This document shows, one piece after another, positions 12,936 through 25,163 of a DNA stretch of 64,000 nucleotides. Within the stretch, counting starts at the first letter, position 1, and each line of letters opens with the position of its first letter. The stretch is from positions 31,372,001-31,436,000 of the forward strand of contig NC_047022.1 of the NCBI RefSeq assembly GCF_902652985.1, in the 5' to 3' direction. Below the pieces are notes generated by a model that was not told the DNA's origin, searched no databases, and worked only from the letters and a program-made list of their open reading frames with translations. Origin of the DNA: Pecten maximus. Its lineage: Eukaryota. Made by a program: the position numbers and the translations under genes.

Positions 12936-15900
12936 GTAAGAATCATTTTATCCATGGCACCACTTCAAAAGTTGTTTTAACTGTTCTTGAAAGAACATTC
13001 TGTCATGCACCAGTTAAATTAAGGATAGTTTGAGTAATGTCTTTTTTTTCTATGGCACTGTCTTAGTGTATATATATATATATATCATCCTTCAGCTTGA
13101 ATTAATCTTTCAGAAAATCTCCGAGTAAGAGAAACACACAATACAGGGAACAAGTGATGTATTGATGTTTTTGGGTTTTATACAATTTTATGTTTGTCTG
13201 GCAGAGATAACATTAGGGCGTATCATCTGAAGATGGTTTTGTACTCTCCCATAATCAGAGTGGTTTGGGAACATTCGCAGAATTTGCTGGCTTAGAATCA
13301 TAGTTGTTCCTGTCTTACTGAAAATTATTACGCAGATTCTGTAATAAAATTGTGAATAAGCAAAAGATGGCCGTTTAAATAAAACTTAGTATGATGCATA
13401 CCAGCCATTTGTAATCCTGTATACATCGTAGCATCCATTTGGATTCCTAAGGTTTATTTCAATGTGGTACTTGACAAAAACCCTAGATGGTCATCACGTA
13501 CCAGCACTTGATGTACCTGGTTTGAGTTAAATTGAATGCTTTGATTTCATGTTAAATCCATTAATTTACATTTTAGAGGTATATACAGCTGGAGTTGTCT
13601 GTCTTTGAAGTCTAAATGCTTTCCTTGTCATTGCTGTTTGAAGTGTTAGATTTTTGGGGGTCATTGGTGTTGATAAACTGTCAAGGTCATCTGTTGAGTA
13701 GAAGGGACTGTTGGCTGGCCCTGTGTTACCTGTTCCATCAGTGGGTGTTACCGTGGCGATGAGTCACAGGAAGGAAAGTTTAAGGATTTGTTCTGGTCCA
13801 GTTTGTCAACCTGGCCCCTTTGTAATGGCAAATAAATGTGCAAGTGAGAACTCTGTTATCAGTCCAGCCCAGGATAACATCCTGTTCCTAAATCTTAATG
13901 ATGTTTAAATGGTTTCTCTTCCGAGAGTTAAATAAACAAAGTAATATCATTGTATATGAAGACATGCTATACTTCTGTATAGTTTACCTCATGTCAGGTA
14001 TAGAACATTTTAATTTGATATTTTAGAGTTTGACTATGAACTTTTATGCAATCTTAGGACATCAAGGTTAGCACTGTGTGTTATCTTCCTGTCTATCCCC
14101 TGAATTGAGATCACTAGACCACTTTATGGCTATAGTGTAATTGGTTTTTGCAAACTTTTATTGATGTACCTGAGGAAATGGCCTAGAAATATACCCACTG
14201 GACAAAGGCTAGGTTAGGGGTCAGGTAAAAGTACTAGATTAGAATTGTTGTTTAATTGGAGGATGCTCTCTACCGGCCTGTCATTAACAGCCATGTGTAA
14301 TGTAGAAGACATGTACCTGTGTACCTGGGCAGATTTTACCTGGGGTTTGTGGGACCTGTTATGTCCACAGGAACATGTTAGTACACAAATACCTGTCATT
14401 AGTAGTAATTAGCCGCAGTGTAATACCTGGACCACTGCCTGTGTCGGCCATCATCTGTCCTCTGTTGACTGGCTATTGGACCATCATAAACTAACTCACC
14501 TGTCATGTCTAATGCTATCACTAATGACCTTACCTAATGCATAGTCTTGTATTCCCTGAAATTTAGTACAGGAATTTCTCATGCTTCAGGTGGCCTGGCT
14601 ATTACAGTATCATATGTGGTTGATGTTAGTTCTTTGTGAAGGCAATCATCTACTTTTGTGTTCTGTTATAAATGGTGAAGTGGCCCTGAGTGTAACCATC
14701 TGTTATTTGTACATGTCCTGGAGAATGAGACTGTCCAGCTCTGCTGTAGCTTGTCCACATTACCTGACCTGAGTATTAATTCTACTATAACTGTTCAGTA
14801 CCTTATACTCAGTCCAAGGCAGATGGCTTGAGCAGGTTGATTTTTGGTGTTTTCAAAGACAGCCTTGTTGACATGTAGTCCTACTAGGCATACATTATTA
14901 CATGGCATGCTATATTTGCTATCTCTCAGGATGAAATAAAATCGCCAATAAGAAATTAGAGATATGTTGAATATAGAATTGATATAGAAACTAAATGTCA
15001 GTTTGATAATTTTTACACAAAAAAATCATCATCTATGCTTGAAATTTCTGGTAAAACCTATATATTTTAATTGTTGAAAATTAGCATGAGAGAAACCTTT
15101 TCTGAAAGAAAAATAAGAGCGGTCATTGCTGTATATCTGTTTCGGTTTGTCGTGTAGGGGTGGTCTTTGGCATTGTTTTCCTGACCATCCAGACTGATTA
15201 CAAGAGGTTTTTCATGATTGACACCCAGCCCTAGCTGTTAAGTGTTTACAGTAGCTACAGGTTAGAGATGCTTGTACCCAATGAGTGTACCACAGACACT
15301 CGGTCTGCTTAGGGTGGCATGCCAAGGCAGAATCCAGGCCTAGCATGTCCGATGGGATAACAAGTCACATGACTTCCCTATATTACGAAAAATTTATTAT
15401 GGGAGGATATTTCAGGAATATGAAATATTCTATAATCACACGGAAATGAGTCATGGTCATTATAGGGTCATAACTGTTAAAAGAATAACATCAATCAACA
15501 AAAACAAAAAAACACTGAGGATAGAAGTCATAATCAATCATCAGTATGTCTTGTATTCAAATAAATATAACAAACTCTATTTTTGGATGTCGGTTGACCT
15601 TCATGGAGTTGTCTGAACATTTGTTACAAAGGAAGCAATTACTAAGACGAGTTTACACCTATAGTCAGAATGAGATACCAGACAGTGACAAAAATCGGAT
15701 ATGTTTTCTGGATAAAAACTGTCAATTAGTTTTGACTAGATTCTGTTATAATATCTGTGATTATGTCAGAGTAGAGGACAATTTGTCATGTCCCAGAAGT
15801 TTCTATATGATGTACACAATTTGGGGTTGGTAGTCTGACATTTCCTTCAAACGCCTACAGGATCATTAACCGAAAAATACAACGCCACTAAACCCATATA

Positions 15901-18900
15901 AGGTTTACTAATGGATCCTGGGAAGTAAGGACCGAGTGTGTTTTTGGGAGGGCACTACATACATTATCTATTGGAACATGGCTGGAAAGTAAGTGTAGGT
16001 AAAATGTATGTCCATATTATACCTGTAAGTGGGCTGCACTGAGGGTGAGAGGTCAAGTGAATACCTTGTCAAGCACAATGAGATAACAGGCTGATAAAGG
16101 CCAAACCTACTATAAAACCTTTCATAGACATACATGGGAAACAGTAGTCACTATCTAGCACACATGTTTGACCTCCTGACCTCTGGTGTCAGAGGTGACA
16201 ATCTGGGTTGATCTCTATCTATTGGATGGTACAATCTTCTAGTATTTTACTCAAAAGGTTGACATTTGATTTTTTTTCTGTGCAAACTTCCTAGATATAT
16301 TTTAACTTACAAAATAGTCAGATTCTTTAGGTCAGTTTGGGTGAGTGGGCGCCATTCATGACTTCAGATATAAAACGCAAGCGGGTCATTTGACCCACGG
16401 CCTTGGGGTTAAATTTCTACTTGGATGAATATGTTTTTACTAGCTCCACTATGTAGTTAACCAACCGTGAGTACAAATCATTTGAAGTTAGCACTTCATG
16501 CTGGAACTTCTAGTTTACCTGTTATCCAAAATTTGATCCATCAACAGTTGATGTCACAACAAAATAACACTTGGATAAAATGGAGAGGTATTTAACCATT
16601 GGTTAATGTCCTGACAATGAATATGACCAGGTTAAAAGAATTTGTGCTGTGAACATCAATGAGAATCAAATACATGTTGAAGATGTAATATCTACTCAAA
16701 CTGAATACTTCTTCTGAGCAATCTAGTATTGGAAGATAACAAAATAGTGATTAAAATAGTTTCCTGGCAAATTTAATTCTGGGATTTATGGATTTCTTGC
16801 TGATTCACTTAGATAAAAGTTTATATTGTATGTGATACCGTCCATATATATACCAAAGCTGGTATTTTTCGGAACATTATCTGGCACAGATTGCACTGGC
16901 ACTTTCAGAAGTTAAGATTCAAATCAATCACGCTGAGGTTTGTGTAAATCACAAAGAAATTGGACAAACATCCTACATTCTTATGTTGTTCCCGTCTGGT
17001 TTGGCTCGTGTCCAGTCCAGATTGAGGCTTTCAGAGCGGAATCAGCGTTCTATTGATCACTGCAGATACTCTATCTAGACCTGAAAATAAAATAACAGGT
17101 GGAAAGGTCAATTCTATTGATACTTTCGTTTTCAAGGTCAAAGTTAAAGATTTCTTCTAAATTGATTTGTTTGATAGTGTTTCAAAGTTTTGATTTGTTT
17201 TTTTACCTGTTACCTTGTGCCATTGTTATATCGTTTTTTTACCCGTTACCTTGTGTCATTGTTATATACAAACTTGTCATCACTAATGATGTAGATATTG
17301 TAAAATCAACTTTTGTTATACACGTTAGATAATTTAAACACATTAGCTGAAGTGTGATTCAATTTGATAATGAATGTTTTCTTGGTCTATTACCCAATAG
17401 ATTGAATTTTGATGAGATCAGAGTGCAGGTAATGACTAAATAGTCCACTGGTCTCTGCTAGTAATGATTTATAGTGACTATCAAATTTAATTGACAACTA
17501 GATTGTTACAACTCCATTTCATGGGATTTATAAAAACTACAGCAAATGTATGTGGCAAAATGATAAAAAAAAGAAGATTTTTTTTCTACCTGTATCGTCA
17601 ATCATTAACTACAAGCTTAGATGTACTTAAGCTTCACACGAATCGGCCATTGAACTTGACATGATGATCTACAATTGAATTCTCTCTACTATAGCGATGA
17701 TCCAATATTTAATTTTGTAGCTTTAATCAAGGTGAGCTTGTGTGGTTGGTCTGTACAACGAAGCACACGTCTTTGTGTTGTCAACCTTTCACAGGAAAAA
17801 AGTCATTGGGCGTAATCAGATCCCATAATCGTCATTCCTTCGGTATGAGACACTCATGTCTGTAAAGACACCGACTCGTTTATACAAAATTGACGACAAG
17901 TGGTATCTGACAGGTATCTCATTAGGACTTGTATAAGACAGAAAAAGTCCTGGGAAAGTGAACAGTATATATATACATCAAATTCACTGTTCACTGAAAG
18001 TAGATATAAGTGTAAAAAAAAACACGTTTAAGAAAAGGTAAAAATAGATCAAAATGAATCATTCACACCTTAATGAGAATTTCACAGAAAGCGATCTGGG
18101 TTTATTTGGAAGTTACAGTCATGAAAGTATGTTTTACACATTATAGGTATTTAAGTAATTACCAACTGTGCGGCCTTGGTTTATCTGAGATTTTGAGTAT
18201 GACAGCCTTGGGATGTGACATTATAGAACTGACTGGCTATTGACATTTTGATGTAATTTTGTTTTGATAGTTTTTAGTGTTGACTATAATAGATCTATTG
18301 TGGTGATATGGGGAATATGTCTATTGAAACACCGCATTTTACGCTGTGATTTCTCTGTTGACAGCTCAATAAAGAATTATCAGTTTATCAAACTATCTCG
18401 CTTCCTGGCGTCTTTGTTAGTGTACAGGAATATTTGTCATTTGTATTTATCTGTCAATCTGTATTTTGATTGTATTTGATATTTATTGAATTCAATCGTC
18501 ATTTATCAATAAATTGTAATGAAAGATTTATCTTCTAACATTTCAAACGTGGTTATAAGTTTCAGGGTTAGAGGTAATATGACATGGCTATGCCTAACGG
18601 AACACACTTGAATAGTTGTAGCAACCAACAGATTCTATCACACTTAGCCAGCCAATATATGAAAGCTAAATGTAATTTTAACACCTAACAACTTTATTGG
18701 GGCATGTTATTTATATTTTGAGGTTAGAAACTCTATCGACCAACTTGCTCTGACATGTTTGGAACGTCCCATGATCCTGGGATGCTAGCTTCAGTTGATG
18801 GCTAATGAAGTATAAATAGGTATGCCTACCAACCTTGGCTAGTTTCATTTGATATAAAATTTATTAGAAATTTTGATGAATAGGCTGGTTTGATGGTGTT

Positions 18901-19889
18901 TGCTCCCTACCAGGACGACACATTAGCAGTATAGGTATGAAAGGATGTTTAGTTGTGGGACACTTGCTGCCTTCTATACAAGATTTGCAGCATTGTTACA
19001 GAAAAGCACCTAAAACTCTTTAAAATACTCTTGGTAAATGTCAACGAATGAATGATGGTGGTCGATTACTGATGTAAACATTTCAGGTGGCTGATATTTG
19101 ATAATAGGAGATTTGTCCCTCTTTTTTCCCTTCAGCACTTTTAATAGCTAGACAAGTGAAAATCAAGACGTGACAAGTTTGTGGAGGAGTGGGGACCAGT
19201 TCTCAAGACAAGATTGAATACAGTTATCCCTCCATGAAAATCATTTGAAATATTATTCATTGCATGATATATTGGAGATAAAAGGATGGCCTTCCACTAC
19301 GCCAGTTATAATACTATAAAGGATTATCCTATCGTCAATATGTGTCGACTGATGGCACAATAATAGATGCCACCAAATCACATCAAAATAGGCTTATCCT
19401 TCTAGAAAACCCTAGTTACTAAGACATTTTGATATATTAGGAGGTGTGTCCAGTCAAGCTTCCAAATGTTAGGCACAGAATCACCATGGTGATGACTGCC
19501 AGTGAGAAAGAGATCGGGTGGAGAGTCAAGCTGAGCCCAACATCTTACCAAAAAAAATCATGAATGATAAAATTTTGTGCTTTACAAATTGAAAGAAACC
19601 TGGATGATAAAAGATAATTACATATATACATTTCATAACATTAAAACTGCGATCACCTAAAAATGTGGCTAAATATTAAATTTGTCAGAAAAACTCCCTA
19701 CTCCTTTGCCTAGATGTTTAATTGATGAAGTCTAAAGGGAAGCCGTGACTACCCCACATCTACCATCGTGATGTAATGTTCGCTCTGGTACAAAGCAGAT
19801 GTGCTAGTTAAAAAGAAGAAAGTTTTATGCTTCAAAACCTGTAATTAATCGTAGACACCTGGTAGTCTTAGGATGGGATACATGTGCTC

Positions 19890-19903
19890 GTTACCATGGC
19901 AAC
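19890..19903. promoter_or_regulatory. RFX X-box motif GTTACCATGGCAAC
   Basis: Full match to the palindromic RFX consensus GTTRCCATGGYAAC; function untested. Confidence 0.45.
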
Positions 19904-21671
19904 TGATACCTACGCACCAGTTAGTCTAGTTGTAAATCTACGAGGAAATTGATCACAGTCGAAATGAGACTTTTCTTTTTAATGTCATCGTTGTCTAGCA
20001 TTTTGTTGTCTAGCATTTCGTTTATATCTGTACAGCGCTGACCAGGATCATGTGAAAATAGGAGAACAAGTTTTTTATGTGTCCGCTTTAAATGTGACTG
20101 TCTGATGTTTGTCAAGTACGGAAGAGACATTGAAGCCTGAAGCTAAAAACTTGTGACTCTGGAGTCAAGTGTATGATTTTACGATAAAATTAAGTATAAT
20201 GATGGGAACCTGTTGAAAAGCTATCATTATAGGATGTAGTCCGGGACAGCTCCACTCTGGGACCAGCTCCCACCAGCTAAACAGACCAGTTACATATTTA
20301 AAAAGCTTAGTGAACCTTTGACCTTGGGCGGTGGAAGTGAGGTGTGAAATTTTGATTGGGGATAGTTGTAACTTACTTTATATAGGTATATGTACATGTA
20401 TACTGTAGTCATGGCAACTGTAGCTATCACTGATCATATCGTTGCTAATGGGTGTATATACACTGGATATAAAATTGGTTTTTACTGAAAAATAAAAATG
20501 ACTGATTTAATGTAAATTGATTTGAAACTCGAACACAGTATTAGTGAATCATTGAGACCATAAGAGCTTGTAAATCATTAATACGGTACAGCTGTTTGTG
20601 TTGTCGGGCCACAATACATTATAACCATCCCTGATTCACTTCAAAATTCATATGAAACATTAAAGCTAGCAACTGTATTGAATTGAAAGTAGAGAAAAAA
20701 AAGCTTGGATATATATGATAAACGGCTTTTGGATCTGGTGTTACTTTTTAAGCATTACGCTGTAAGTGCATAGAGTACTTCACATTAATGTCACCTGTGG
20801 ATGTTACCTGTTAACGACTTAAAGCTACATTACCTGGTGAACTACTGATTGAATTAATGCCTGTTTCTGAGCTGTGGTTCAGTGCATCAGGCATGCCCCT
20901 GGAAACTTATTGAAGACATAAACATCCAACTTCATAACATTACAGTTGTTACCATAAATCTATCGCTGAATTAATTACGAAGTGTGTTACATTTCACTGG
21001 TAACTGGAGTTCAGCTCATTGTAATCTGCCTGATTAAAGATCAGTAGTTTGTGTGGTTTATGTGGAGGACATTTTGTGCAGAAGAGTAAGATTTATTGTC
21101 TAGTATCCTAAGATGACTCAATAGAGAAGGGATCTCACCTGTACCTTCATACCTATACATCACACAGATAACATTACAGTAGATGTTTACAAATTACGAT
21201 AGATAGAAATCACTCACAATTAATAATAGGAAAAACTGTGTAACAGTCATTGTCCCAAATATGCAGGTAAATTTTAATAATTAATGTTAGCAGTGTAGAT
21301 ATGTTTCTCTGGCAAAAGCAAAAGATTATGCAGTCATAATTTTGTTGGTAGATGAGTATTTCACAGGTAAATTTTAACCTTTTTGTGATCAGTATCTGTT
21401 GTACAGGTAAATCATTAAAGTGGTCCTAAATATATTTCTGCTACACAGGCGTTTATTGCTTGTGTTGCACAGGTGTTAAATTTCATCAAATTAAGTCCCA
21501 GATGTAAAATACAATCAATGACACAGCTCAGTATCGGTGTAGGCAGGAATAATTAACGAGCGCCTTAATGATGTCATAGATGGTTGTCATGATTAAAGTA
21601 CAGGTAAATGTCATGATGCCTCGTTAAGAAGAAAATATGTATACCGGTATATAAAAATGAGTTAAATAAAT

Positions 21672-21905
21672 TCATTCCGAGAGAGAAATATATAGAGAAA
21701 TATATACCCATTCCGAGAGAAATTATATACTCATTCCAAGATAGAAATATATATAGAGAAATATATACCCACTCCGAGAGAGAAATATATACTCATTCAG
21801 AGATAAAACTATATACTCATTCTGAGATAGAAAAAAATACTCATTCCGAGATAGAACTATATACTCATTCTGAGGTAGAAAAAGAAATATATATTCATTC
21901 CAAGG
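21672..21905. repeat. Degenerate purine-rich tandem repeat, about 24-bp unit CATTCCGAGAKAGAAATATATACT
   Basis: About 8 imperfect copies of cattccgaga. Confidence 0.75.
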
Positions 21906-24025
21906 AAGAAATAGAAATATTTACATATATCATATAAAATAGAAATACTAAAAGGTAGAAAGATGGTACAGGAATGAACAATGTATTGATTTATATAGTA
22001 TGACCTCACGAATGCATACCTACCCGGTGGGAATCGGTGGAAATGGTACTGGTACGGCAGAGGAGAAAGTGTACAGTCAGATATGGCACAGTAGGGAGAA
22101 CAGTCACGCAAAATATGGGTCTGTTTAATGACTGTTTCTCAAACCTGACAGTTTATGATATTGAACAGAGATTTTTGAATTGTGTTTTAACTGCCAATTA
22201 ATCATGATAGTGTAGCAAAAAAATGCGTTGGAAAGTGAGTTGATTTCACCAGAGAAAATACATAAATGTAGTTTATCGTTGCTGTTGTATCCATAGGGAC
22301 TATTGTAGTTAGAAATTTGTGATGATATAAAAACAATTTTACTTTAGGCCTGTAGAAACGAGTGTCGGTCACAACAGAATTTGTAAGGTTTCTGGGGCAA
22401 CCAACAAGATAGATTCAGTATAGTGAGAGCACGATATTGTCGATAGTTCAATAAATGTGGTCTGGGTTTGTACACTTTGTCTCCTTGGAGTCGTGCTGCC
22501 AAACTTTGTGCTGAGCTTGGTGTCTGGTTTGTAATTTTCATTTTTTTTTGTTTTAATTTTTTTTTTCAGTTCATTTTGTCCATTTCAAGAAAATTTATTC
22601 CAGCTTGTATGACTTGTAATTTGAATATACCATTCCTTGTGTAACTGTCCATTATTCTGATATAAAAATTCCTGTCTATTTCCCATGGTACATTCATTTT
22701 ATTTCAGTAAATAGATATAACATGTTTTATGTATAATGGTAAATAAAGTATTGATGTAGAAATCTATAACAAAAATTGTATATTTATATGTCTGAGCAGG
22801 AATGCATAAATCATTATGAAAAGATTTGAATTGACAAAATGAAATCGATAATTCTTGGGTGTTAATGCTTATAAGTTTGCTTCTGATTTGTTAACACATT
22901 GTAGAAAAGAATATTGATAGGACATAGAATATCCTAATGTTGTAATAGAGCCTTGCTGCATTGTGACTTCCACAGGTATGTATTTTGTATATTAGAGATC
23001 AATAAATCTCCTCTGTATTATCCTTCTGGCATCACTGGATAGCCATCAACATCAGTTCCTTTTTGAAAGCAACAGGCTTAGATTGACAAAGGTAGACTTC
23101 TTCTTTTTCATGCAGTGAAATGTACCACACCAGCATACTATGGATTCTGATCCCCTCTTGGTCAGTTGAATGGTCAGTTGAATGGTCAGAGGCAGGGATT
23201 CTGAGGAATTGTCTCATCAATTTTCAGGAAATGCCTGCCTGGTAAAGCCCGGTGAAAGAGCGACAGTTCCTGGTATCATTTATACCTCAATAGACAAGAA
23301 GAATTATAAAAAGCCGAAGGAATTCTGATGAATCGCGACATCAATATCTAACAGAGAATCCAACCTTATTAAGTGATTCCGATCCAAGGCTCCGGAGCCT
23401 CTACTGCTGATGCCTAGCACAATCAATAAATTTAAAATAACTAAGTAGGATGAATTATGCATGCGTTTGTACACAATTGTAAACAATCTCGAATTGTAGT
23501 GTTTAGTAACCTACCTCGTTTTGGTTGGGAGGTCCGAAACGATTCCCATGCCCATTGTATCCCATAATTGGAAGCTTACACTAATAGCATGTTTATATAA
23601 CTTTATAAAAACACAACAATTGCTCAATCATTTTTATTAATTTTAATGAAAAGAGACACATTGGCGGAAGTTTTCATTGCAAAATCAATTCATTTTAACA
23701 GATCTGTCTGGTAGCTGTCGTGTACAATACTCCATCGCTGTAATCAGGCTACTGTGGGAGGGAAATCTACCATCGTTAAATTCAGGGGAGGAAATAGAAG
23801 ATAATTTGGGAAGTACACAGTTGATGTAACGAGGATGCTGTAATTATCAGAGACACCATCTTATTAGATGTAGCTTTGTAGTGAATAAACATGTCACGTT
23901 TATACCAGGAAGGGTTTTGGCAGCTGATTAAAAAGTTTCCATGGTAACAGTTAGTAGATTATTTCTATTTGAAAAAAATTACGAATGTAGCCATCTTGTC
24001 TAAAAAAAAAAGTGGCAAAAGTATA

Positions 24026-24481
24026 TGATAGGGAGGTGGCCAAAAGTGCCAGTACATGGTAGGGAGGTGGCCAGAATACCCAGTACATGGTAGGGAGGTG
24101 GCCAGAATACCCAGTACATGGTAGGGAGGTGGCCAGAATACCCAGTACATGGTAGGGAGGTGGCCAGAATACCCAGTACATGGTAGGGAGGTGGCCAGAA
24201 TACCCAGTACATGGTAGGGAGGTGGCCAGAATACCCAGTACATGGTGGGGAGGTGGCCAGAATACCCAGTACATGGTGGGGAGGTGGCCAGAATACCCAG
24301 TACATGGTAGGGAGGTGGCCAGAATACCCAGTACATGGTAGGGAGGTGGCCAGAATACCCAGTACATGGTGGGGAGGTGGCCAGAATACCCAGTACATGG
24401 TAGGGAGTGGCCAGAATATCCAGTACATGGTAGGGAGGTGGCCAGAATACCCAGTACATGGTGGGGAGGTGGCCAGAATAC
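24026..24481. repeat. Minisatellite, 31-bp unit CAGTACATGGTAGGGAGGTGGCCAGAATACC, about 14 copies
   Basis: Direct tandem repetition; 31-aa periodicity in the overlapping ORFs. Confidence 0.97.
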
Positions 24482-24782
24482 TTTGTAAAGTTTTGATATT
24501 GGTCAGTACCCTATGTGGTAATGTTTGACATGGAATATCAGAGCTAAGCAAGCCTACCCAGCATGTTTACTTTGTGGATTAGTGATAAAGGAGGTCAGCT
24601 CTCTGTCCTTTGAACACTATCTGACTTGTTTGTGGTCAGCTGGTAAATCTTCTGGCTCTGTGGAGATCTAATTAAATATAGCCACACATAACCATACATC
24701 ATAACCTCCATGGTGCCATGACAGGTCTCTTATCTCTGATTAGGAGAGTAGAAATCCAGGGGCAGGGAATGGGACAGTTAAA

Positions 24783-25163
24783 ATATGAGGGGTAGGGAAG
24801 GGGCCATATCAGATATGAGGGGTAGGGAAGGGGCCATATCAGATATGAGGGGTAGGGAAGGGGCCATATCAGATATGAGGGGTAGGGAAGGGGCCATATA
24901 AGATATGAGGGGTAGAGAAAGGGCCACTTAAGATATGAGGGGTAGAGAAGGGGCCATAAGATATGAGGGGTAGAGAAGGGGCCATATAAGATATGAGGAG
25001 TAGAGAAGGGGCCATATAAGATATGAGGGGTAGGGAAGGGGCCATTTAAGATATGAGGGGTAGAGAAGGGGCCATATAAGATATGAGGGGTAGGGAAGGG
25101 GCCATATAAGATATGAGGGGTAGGGAAAGGGCCATTTAAGATATGAGGGGCAGGGAAGGAGCC
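24783..25163. repeat. G-rich minisatellite, 30-bp unit AGATATGAGGGGTAGGGAAGGGGCCATATM, about 12 copies
   Basis: Direct tandem repetition. Confidence 0.96.

Noticed and set aside
17695-17737. Possible 37-nt stop-containing or 11-nt exon ending at AAG|GTGAGC
   Set aside because: Such acceptor/donor pairs are expected by chance in long introns; no independent support.
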